Source: Balanoglossus misakiensis (Eukaryota; Animalia; Hemichordata). Taken from it: a DNA stretch of 64,000 nt. Of this stretch, positions 56,201 through 64,000 are shown piece after piece. The stretch covers positions 7,314,849 through 7,378,848 of the forward strand of contig CM082583.2 of the NCBI GenBank assembly GCA_040954595.2, read 5' to 3'. The translations under genes were made by a program, and so were the position numbers. The notes under the pieces are model-generated. The model saw only the letters and a list, made by a program, of their open reading frames with translations. It was not told where the DNA came from and did not search any database. Position 1 is the first letter of the stretch; each line of letters opens with the position of its first letter.

Positions 56201-59200
56201 TTAGTTCAATATTATACAAGGTGTTAATTTCATGTTGTTTGATTTCGCTGGAAATAAATGAGCATGGGGATACGTCGATTGCATGCAAACGGGATCAAAG
56301 GTCACCACCTGTGCAATTTGCGACTAGCACGATATTTGCCGCTACCTGTTTGAGAGAACAGTACCTGTGATGATTTGTGTGTGCCTTGCGTCTGCTGACC
56401 AAACACTGGCTCTGCTCCGATTTCCAGTTCACACACACACGCACAAAAAAATAAATGATGCTTAAATCATCTTTTTTCAGAAATCAGGAAGAGATGAACA
56501 CAAAAGAAGGTGCTGTGATAGCCGCGGTTTTGTTTAACTTTCTGCTGCGTTTCAAATTCGACGCGGTATAAAAATCAGTTCACTTTTCAAGCACTGGCTG
56601 CGGCACAATAGGATGAGGCTCCACACATACGTGCGTGTACAAAGAGAAACCAGCAGATGTTACTTTTATTTTCCTCAAATTTGGGTACAGCCCCTTGTAA
56701 CAATGATGATAATTCTAAACGGGAGCAAAACTGAACACACTGAAGCCTGGCAGACAAGTGCTTTAGGCCAAACTCTTTGTTCTCAGAACAGTTCGAAAAA
56801 CCAAACAAAAACGGCTGCTATATATCTATTGAAACAAGATACCTATGTCAGCATATGGCAACACACTGTACAGTGCCAATGATAATTTTATAGGTTGTCT
56901 TCCCGATTTTACGATTGTTTTATATTTCCTCACAAAGTAAATCTGCCTTTTTTTCTAGTTGTTTTACCAAAGGCGACATCACCATGTCAATATTGCCCTG
57001 AAATATGGTCACGGCGACCAGTGCATTATCTAGTTTTGCCACCTTTGTATTATTGTAACTACGCATATCAAACCTTATTTCAATCACTTCAGTCATTCTG
57101 ATAGAGTTCTTTAAAAAGATCAAACATCAATAATTTGGCACCTCTCCTCTGCCATTAACAAAAAAATAAACAGCTGCCTTCCCCAGCGAGAGACAAAGTC
57201 GCTCACTTTTGACACTATTTCGGCCATTTTAGTTTCTTCTGAAAACTTATGCAGCCCTGCTCACAGAAACATGGCCACTCATTGGTTGCTATGGTTCAAC
57301 TCAAAACAAACCTCATCTCAAATATCTGCACACTATGTGTAGAAAAGTGCCTTCTTTCTTATCTTTTTTTCTTCTGATTCTGAGCGATAGACTGTGTGAC
57401 CATCATTTCAGTTCTGTTCTCAGAGAACAAACAACTCTGCCATTTTTATTGAAGTCACACTGAAAGGCAACATCAATCACATCTTCCTGACACATTCATT
57501 AATAAAAAAAAAACTTTCTTTGACTTTAGCCTGTGAAATTTAACTCCAAACCAGACCACATCAACCTGCAATGTAGCCATAATTGACAAGTATGGGAAAT
57601 GCCATATATTTCACCCTAACTTGACGTCATATTTCAGTGTGGGAAGGGAAGAAATTAACAATACTTGTCAGATATAGTCGTTAATTTCATCCTTCCTTGG
57701 ATTTAATTGACTCTCATTTAATGCGTTTTGATTATGCCCACCCCTGGCCTTGGATAATGGTTGAAACGAACAGAAACATTGTCCTACACGGCTCATCATT
57801 CTAAGATAATAAAAAGGCCCCATAGTTGTTCATCAGTTGCCTGACTTGGGGGGTTTTCCACCGATGACAGCCTATCAATTATGCCTGTCAAATTCAAAAG
57901 TAAACACCCGGCCATGGAAGTCTAAAAATCACAAAAGCATTTACACTGTCAAAGCTGCAAAGCCCTGCATTTAATGAACTGTCTATTGCTTGAGCAAACA
58001 CAACTTAATTATAGGGTACATATTTGAGGATGGCGAGCTTTTTTCATTAAATAAACCCATTTTTTCTCCTCTTCAAAGCTGTCACTGTTTTGGTTGAAAT
58101 TTACAGTTTTCGTCTCAGAGCTGTTCTGCTCAGACGTTCACACTTTTAGACAACAATGTACAACCCTTCTTCTCGGAGCTAGGTTTCTTTCCTGACACAC
58201 GCAAACGCTGGCAACTATCCGTTACAAGAAATCCACTCAAACATCGATTTGGGAGAAAGAAAATAGACATTTCTGACAAAACGTCATATGTTCGCATTGA
58301 ACTCAATTCAATGGTTGTCATTTTGCATTTTTTTTCCTCTCCCTTTCGTCACAATATTTCCAAAGAGAATTCCAATGACAAGAACCTGTCAGAATCCCAT
58401 TCCACTGCTTGTCCTTACACACCAACACTTTCCTCTATTCTCAAGCAAGAAATAAATGAAACTGCGATGAAATAGATGCATTTCGACAGTTGGCGACCGA
58501 AAACATACAGCCCAATACAACTCTATTATATCCAATATCTCGATACCAGATGGATATGGTTCACACTGCATTTCAGTGTGTGTCTGTCACCACAACAAAA
58601 CAGTTCGGTCACTCTTTTTGTTTTGTTTCCACAGTCACATAAGAAATATGATTAAAACCTGATATCATTCCCTATCAACTTTCAAACTGCCTCTGATGGG
58701 TTGAACACAAAAGCTGAAAATTAGGCGGACTGATATCACCCGAAATACGACCCACTGGACGAAATATGACACACCCAGAATGTTGCAGTATAAACATCAC
58801 CAGCATATAACAGCGAAATAAACATGACATGATATGAACAAAATCCAGCCTTTTGACATGAATATAGGGTGTTCAATTTACAACATCAGACATGGGGGAA
58901 AATTGCTTTCTCCCTCAACACAATTACGTTTTGGTAAATTATCACAGTTTCCACAGGTTAAGGAAATGTGTTTATGTCAAGTAGAAATATCATCTGGAAA
59001 TATTTGAAAATAAATTACGGTGGCAAATATTGAGTATGAAAATGAAAAATGTCAAAAATAACAAAAACAAGACTGAAGCACAATGTTTGTGTTCTAAGAT
59101 TGGTGCTGAAAAGAATATGTGTTATTTTACGTAACAAATGCTGTACAGTACGTGGGACCTGACCCTGTTTGACTATTTGGATATAAATCAGTAAAAGACA

Positions 59201-62200
59201 GGAGAATCTGTCGATGCTTCAGAGAATTGAATAATATCAGAAATTACCCTTAATTACCAGGTCCATTTGAATTTTACAAATAAGTGACAGTAGACACACA
59301 TCAGAAAAATTATCAGGGAGTGATTTTGTTTTATAAATTAACATTAAAAACTGGACTACTTGAAATTAAACACATTCTGAAATGAACGTGTAAAAAAAGG
59401 CTGAAAAACGAAAAGTAAACAGAAGAGAATGCCACACACCTGGTTGTCATGGTCAAGGACGGTAAAATAACCCACGATAAGCATAACTTCGTGACAGAGC
59501 TCTTCATTTTTTGTCCAGTGCGAACAGTACCAAATGAGGTATGTAGCTATATGGCGAAACTCTAATGATATCCCCTCTTCCCCTAACACACTCTGCAAAA
59601 TAAATGTACACAAAGAAACAGAATTAGATCTGGGGAGACTCAGACGACTCGGACGATAAATTGACTGATAAGGTTACACAGCAACAAGCTATAGCTCATT
59701 TACCTTGAGACTGTCTTTGCAACTCCGCAAGTTATGCAGGTGACATTATTGTTTTTTTCTCGGGGAAGGAGAACAAAAAAAGTGGTGTTCCACCGGCACA
59801 AAGCCGTGCCCGCAAAATGACGGGATTTGTTCTTTGGAAAGTGTAAAAAAGCAACGCTCTGGAAAATTATTTATGGATACAGATAAGGCCAACTTAAAAG
59901 CATTACTTAGTAGAAAGTGCATTAGAGAATCAGCAATACTGTTAATGGAAATGGATACCGGCCGGGCAGAGTTTTTACGGCGAACGTGTCTGCTGCCCTC
60001 AACTCGTCGAAACAACAGAGCCTGTCGCGCCAACTAAAAGTGCGCCCCTAGTGGCCAGTTATAACGTTTCTTTTTACGATTCATATAGGAGATCAACAAA
60101 CATCTGAAAAAAAGTTTTGATAAAATGGCTTTTTGTTTTAGGAAGGAATGTTAATCTTCTCTTTTGCCTTGTAGTATCCTTAAACTGTCACCACTGAATC
60201 TTTTTGGCAGTCCCAAATAAAGAGGTATTTTACTGTACCTGCAACAATTTGAGGTCAATCATGGCAAAGGTGTTCATCATTCTCAGTCCGGTGTTGACCA
60301 CACGGAGGGTGTGCTCGGGAAGTTCCGGAGGGACAAGGGTGCCGCTCCGGGAAGGGGCGCCTCCGTGCAGGAGTATCCCGTACAGCATGGAAATGATCCC
60401 GGCAAACTGCGTGGACTTCAGGGTCACCATCAGCTGGGTCGTGTCCTCTTTCTTGTTCTCGTCGAACATGCCGATGGATCTGTGAAGGAACCAGATGCAG
60501 GAAACATCAATTAGAACAAGTACACACAGAAAAAAATTTTTTTTTTTCCGCCAAATGTAGTTTATATAGAATGAAGCATGATTGCTTGGAAAGACCTACC
60601 GGTACTATTTTCTCCGCCCGAACTTTGACATAACTTTGGCGAGACTAAAGTGAGTTACATTATCTCCCTTACATGCCATGCTTTTGTCTTGAGTGACTTA
60701 CCTGGTTGTGATAAAGCGGGTCATGGATACGAGGAGACCAAGACAGTTTTCTAAGAACTCGCCGGCCTTGGCGTCTTCGTCAACTGGACCGTGTACATTA
60801 TGGAAATAAGACGTCAGCTTGTCCACCACGCCGACACACACCAGGTAACTGCAATCAAATTAGAATTGGTGAAACTGAGAGAATGTTCAGTTGTCTTTCT
60901 GTAGTATTGTGTCAATCCATCAACAACTTTCATATAATGCCACACCATAGCTGGTTCTGCAGTAATAAGGAGACCTATTTGTCAAACCCTGTATAACTAA
61001 TTTAATGTTAACCCTTTCACCCCCAGTTCCCTACATAGAGGTCTAACTTTACCGTAGAAATCCATGGATTTGGACCAAAAGATGGTGGAGAAAGGGGTAT
61101 AAACACACTGCACAAACACAGCTTGCTTACTTACCTGACTATATCAAGTCCCCACTGTTGCAGAGTATCTGCCTGGCTGGGGACTTTGCCCGCGGTTGGG
61201 GACACGGAGCTGCTGGGACTGCTACCGCCCCGACCGGTGATGGACGGAATGGTCTTGGCGATGCAGCTGAGCACGGTGGAGATGAGCTGCATCAGGCCCG
61301 CTGCAACAGGGTCGTTTGGTAACGTCGTCGCTGCTGCTGCTGTTGCTGTATCCGACGCCGTGGAGCTGCTGCTCGGCAGTGAATTGCATTGGTCAGGAAT
61401 GAGTAGCTGTGTGCATGGGGGGAAACCAACGAAGACAGTGATTCTCTCAGAAGACATCCCACTTTGTCACAGAAAACAATGGATGCGGACCGAAACACAG
61501 TGGTTTAAAGGGTCAACAGATACGATTCTGAGAAGATTTGAACCAATTTGAAGAACTGCACAAACTTTCTAACGGGAGCTTTTCACACAATATGAAACTT
61601 TTTTACCTTATGTTTATAGAGAGAATTATTTTGTACAAATATCAAGTCGTAATGTGCTCAGCAGGCTCATGGCCTACTACAAACTTATCTGAATAAAACC
61701 ACCATCCTAGTCACGAACACAGAGCAAAAGACAAAGTCTACCAACGCACTATACTCACACATAATCTATGCATGAGCATATCAATGACGGGCCCCAGCTT
61801 GTTACTGCACAGCATGTGAACACAGTTGTCGAAGCAATTCCGGCACGCCAGATTGAACACGTGAGCTGCACTGCACAATGTTCTGTAAGTAGACAACCAG
61901 AAGAATGAGAGGTGCATAGAATATGTTATAAGGAACGTCTCATTAGCTTTATAGTGAAACATGAAAGACAATCTCACATAGTTTGGATTTCTTGACATGA
62001 GATGCAAAATGATTTTATATTTCACTAAACATATATGCATAATTCTCTTATATTTCTATTATCTGGCTTTACATCATTTGAATCATATTTATTTGGATTT
62101 CCATGTTGATAGCTTCTAGTACTCATGAGTCATTATACCATAAATATTCTTTATAATCCATACTATCACACCAAAATCTTCTTTATTGACTTCTACGTAG

Positions 62201-63841
62201 AACTGTACAACAAATTCTTACAATGTCAAAGATATATGTTGTTTGTTTTTTTGTCCTCGGGAAGAAAGGTGACGGTGGGTTAATGGACGTGCTCTCTTTT
62301 CACCCTTGAAAATTGTTAGAGCACACTTACTTGACCGGCAGAACAAGTGGCTTCGTCTCTGTGGAATCTCCAATGAGGAGCATGACTCTTGATAGTGCAG
62401 TCAATCCTCCACTTAAACAGAACGCGAGCTGATCTGCCTGAACCTATCCATGAAGCATAACAGAGAGACGTGAAAGAGGAAATGCACAGAACATTGGTCA
62501 TTTTCGATTTAAAGCTCCACCAGCTGTAACTTTTCGCTATATTTTCAGTATTTTTGTTTTGTGTATCTGCCGCAGTTTCTTGTTCAAATCCCTGAAGCAT
62601 GGTGAAATACCAAGTATTCTTGACACAAGTCTAGAACTACACTGACCTTTTTATCCAGAACTCTGGCGATTTCTCCCAAGGCTCGGTCCAGTGCTGATAC
62701 TCTGTTGGCAGGCCATGGACCGCTTCCCTGGGTTTGTAAATACTTGTTGATATCTTTGACAACTTTTTGAAGCCTGTTAGAAAGAAAGACAAACAAAAAT
62801 AACTCGAGAAAAGGAAGAACTTTATCACTTCAATACACAACCTGCAATTGCTAAGGAAAGTAGAAGACAGAAAATTGGTAAGCGATATTGAAACCAGGAA
62901 GATTTTAGCTTTAAATAACAATTTTAGTATATTTATTTATTTACTACAACTTACTTTGCCTTATTTTCCGATTCCGTTCCAGCAGACCTGGACTGGACGT
63001 TGTTGTCGTAGACTTTGCCCTTTGAGGTCATCCTCTGGCGTATTTTCCGCGACCTCTTGCGGAATGCTCGCTGGCGTTCCTTCTCAGCCATCAGCTGTGG
63101 GTCCGGCCCGTCTTCCGGTGCATCGCTGATGTGTTTCACGGAATGGTTCTCCTGTTGTTTCGTCACCAGAAAAGTGCAAAAACCCACAAAATCTTGAAAT
63201 AACGAGTGACATTTCCTTCTACCCGACAAAATGACAAACACTGCTCCCCCCCCTCCTTCACTATGCTCACGTGGTACAACCCCCACTCAGCCCCACACTA
63301 CAGTTGGACCCAGGTACACGGAATTAGGGGTGAGGGTACTGATGTTGTTTGCTACTTACCAATTCTTCTTCGGTTAACGTTTTGCCTTGGAGACTCTCTT
63401 GGATCATCTCTTTGTGTTTCCTTCCATGTAAATGACTAAGTAGATAAACTTCAGAGGGAATCTGTCGAAATGAAAAAACAGGACAAAGTCACACAAGTGC
63501 TGTTCACATTTAAGTTTATTTTACTCTCCTATCACACAATGCATCATGTAGATGTCACTGAAATGAAAGAAGCAAAATTGGGGTGGACACTTGCAGTACT
63601 TGGCTCATTTTCTTTCAAAGCAAATTCAGAGCAGTAAACTTTAATTCTTGGCAAACACCAAAAATTTCCATCCAAGCCCACATACCAAAACATTACACAG
63701 TGTACACCGTTTCTTCCTCTCATAGGGCTTCTGTTGTGGTGCAATGTCGGTCGATGCAAAGTGTCTGAGCGTGCTCAGTTCCATGGCACGTTCGCGTCTC
63801 TCTTCAATCAGTTTGGAATGTCTTCTACTGCTTTCATCGTG
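26861..63841 (-). CDS. SCAPER: SCAPER ortholog, 3' portion (13 coding exons in the window; 5' exons lie beyond position 64000)
   Basis: The spliced translation reads HDESSRRH...PYERKKRCTLCNVL/IPSEVYLLSHLHGRKH...VSALDRALGEIARVL...[58 protein letters not shown]...LEQEMSCSLLASFIE...LESRFPGALWDDAKKFFEDK*. This matches the vertebrate SCAPER C-terminal half as I recall it ([68 protein letters not shown]). All 12 introns are GT-AG with compatible phases, and the exons sum to 1977 nt. Confidence 0.97.
37918..38343. mobile_element. Decayed palindromic non-autonomous DNA transposon (TTAA-AG start, Kolobok-like), interrupted by the piggyBac-like MITE
   Basis: Begins ttaaAGgggcatAGCTGTAA, has a central inverted repeat TGACAACTGAA...TTCAATTGTCA (38167-38206) and a decayed right end. 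A similar start occurs at 62509. Confidence 0.5.
38025..38121. mobile_element. ~95-bp piggyBac-like MITE, copy 1
   Basis: TTAA-CCCTTTC...GAAAGGT-TTAA, i.e. a TTAA target duplication with CCC/GGG-type termini. It is alignable along its length to the reverse complement of 61008-61102. Confidence 0.8.
43340..43397 (-). CDS. SCAPER: SCAPER exon L, short penultimate exon (58 nt, phase 0-1): EKSREKEKLKIIPSAVRTK
   Basis: A long T/(CT)n pyrimidine tract precedes ttgcag|GAA, and the donor is G|gtatgt. It supplies exactly the phase 0 to phase 1 bridge needed between exon K and the last exon. The peptide itself is poorly conserved. Confidence 0.82.
44844..44913. repeat. (ATCT)n microsatellite
   Basis: Perfect tetranucleotide run of about 17 units. 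Confidence 0.98.
47183..47261. repeat. (TG)n microsatellite
   Basis: About 36 perfect TG units followed by cgtgtgt; it produces the HTHT ORF. Confidence 0.98.
48829..49020 (-). CDS. SCAPER: SCAPER exon K (192 nt, phase 0-0): [28 protein letters not shown]...LLASFIE
   Basis: Acceptor ttgcag|CTT and donor GAG|gtatgt; contains the highly conserved [11 protein letters not shown] motif. Confidence 0.97.
55757..55837. repeat. Short triplicated unit AGTTTCTGGGAAT(C/G)TGT
   Basis: Copies start at 55757, 55785 and 55821. Confidence 0.85.
59440..59592 (-). CDS. SCAPER: SCAPER exon J (153 nt, phase 0-0): SVLGEEGISLEFRHIA...[12 protein letters not shown]
   Basis: Acceptor ttgcag|AGT and donor CAG|gtgtgt. 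Confidence 0.95.
60041..60057 (-). promoter_or_regulatory. CTCF-like motif (TGGCCACTAGGGGCGCA on the minus strand)
   Basis: Resembles the CTCF core CCACTAGGGGGCGC but is one G short; function untested. Confidence 0.35.
60239..60479 (-). CDS. SCAPER: SCAPER exon I (241 nt, phase 2-0): SIGMFDENKKEDTTQL...NTFAMIDLKLLQ
   Basis: Acceptor tcacag|A and donor CAG|gtacag. Confidence 0.93.
60702..60848 (-). CDS. SCAPER: SCAPER exon H (147 nt, phase 2-2): YLVCVGVVDKLTSYFHNVHGPVDEDAKAGEFLENCLGLLVSMTRFITT
   Basis: Acceptor ttgcag|T and donor AG|gtaagt. Not in the ORF track; resembles SYVVNMGLIDKL...VQGPVDE. Confidence 0.93.
61008..61102. mobile_element. ~95-bp piggyBac-like MITE, copy 2 (opposite orientation, in the SCAPER G-H intron)
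   Basis: TTAA-CCCTTTCACCCCCAGTTCCCT...GAAAGGGG-TATAA. Its reverse complement shares gtccaaa, ttcta(c/t)ggtaa, gacctct and agggaactggggg..tgaaagg with copy 1. Confidence 0.8.
61135..61406 (-). CDS. SCAPER: SCAPER exon G (272 nt, phase 0-2): LLIPDQCNSLPSSSS...QADTLQQWGLDIV
   Basis: Acceptor acacag|CTA and donor AG|gtaagt; lies within ORF 61131..61457. Confidence 0.9.
61759..61882 (-). CDS. SCAPER: SCAPER exon F (124 nt, phase 2-0): TLCSAAHVFNLACRNCFDNCVHMLCSNKLGPVIDMLMHRLC
   Basis: Acceptor ttacag|A and donor TGT|gtgagt. Confidence 0.92.
62331..62443 (-). CDS. SCAPER: SCAPER exon E (113 nt, phase 0-2): VQADQLAFCLSGGLTALSRVMLLIGDSTETKPLVLPV
   Basis: Acceptor ggatag|GTT and donor AA|gtaagt; resembles vertebrate ADQIAFQAAGGLTAL. 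Confidence 0.88.
62509..62620. mobile_element. Truncated end of a probable Kolobok-like MITE in the D-E intron
   Basis: ttaaAGctccaccAGCTGTAActttt..., with the same terminal architecture as the element at 37918. Confidence 0.45.
62647..62773 (-). CDS. SCAPER: SCAPER exon D (127 nt, phase 2-0): LQKVVKDINK...SALDRALGEIARVLDKK
   Basis: Acceptor taacag|G and donor AAG|gtcagt. Confidence 0.93.
62955..63151 (-). CDS. SCAPER: SCAPER exon C (197 nt, phase 0-2): ENHSVKHI...KERQRAFRKRSRKIRQRM...ENKA
   Basis: Acceptor caacag|GAG and donor AA|gtaagt; lies within ORF 62951..63286; basic charged segment. Confidence 0.9.
63360..63461 (-). CDS. SCAPER: SCAPER exon B (102 nt, phase 0-0): IPSEVYLLSHLHGRKHKEMIQESLQGKTLTEEEL, second half of the zinc finger
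   Basis: Acceptor cgacag|ATT and donor TTG|gtaagt. Not in the ORF track; translated by hand. Confidence 0.93.
63686..63841 (-). CDS. SCAPER: SCAPER exon A (156 nt, phase 0-0): HDESSRRH...KKRCTLCNVL, first half of the C2H2-type zinc finger
   Basis: Acceptor ccacag|CAC and donor TTG|gtatgt; 52 codons homologous to SCAPER. Confidence 0.93.
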
Positions 63842-64000
63842 CTGTGGTGTAGTGAAGACATAAAGATATGATATAAATCCTTCAATGAACCGGTACAACA
63901 ATATTTGGCTGTATAGCTGCATTGGTACGACAGGTTTGAGTTTTAATCCTATAAGATGGCATCAAAAATATGAATTTCCAGTCTATTCACCCTGCACAGT

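Noticed and set aside
60204-61551. Plus-strand ORFs 60204..60485 and 61123..61551
   Set aside because: They are antisense shadows of GC-rich SCAPER exons I and G.
1-64000. CRISPR arrays, operons, autonomous transposon or retroviral ORFs
   Set aside because: The DNA is eukaryotic with intron-exon structure, has no regularly spaced repeats, and no ORF in the track exceeds about 150 aa or shows transposase or reverse transcriptase motifs.

Overview
This window is animal genomic DNA, AT-rich and with GT-AG spliceosomal introns. It looks like an invertebrate deuterostome, possibly a hemichordate or echinoderm, but that assignment is an impression only. One protein-coding gene is supportable: the 3' part of SCAPER (S-phase cyclin A-associated protein in the ER) on the minus strand. 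I reconstructed it by hand as 13 phase-compatible exons totalling 1977 nt (658 aa plus stop) between 63841 and 26861, followed by a ~2.8 kb 3' UTR ending near 24060. The 5' part of the gene lies beyond the right edge. The first nine visible introns are 181-646 bp, while the last three are 10.4, 5.4 and 16.4 kb. Positions 1-24000 are a CpG-rich stretch with no recognisable gene. This layout fits the known Islet-Scaper genomic regulatory block, in which Scaper introns carry enhancers for the neighbouring Islet LIM-homeobox gene; Islet itself is not visible in the window. Other content includes microsatellites, small TTAA-flanked MITE-like elements (one nested in another), recurring RFX X-box and nuclear-receptor DR1 motifs, and a candidate alternative last exon. 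I see no evidence of a wholly new biological system, and most of the ORF track is non-coding noise.
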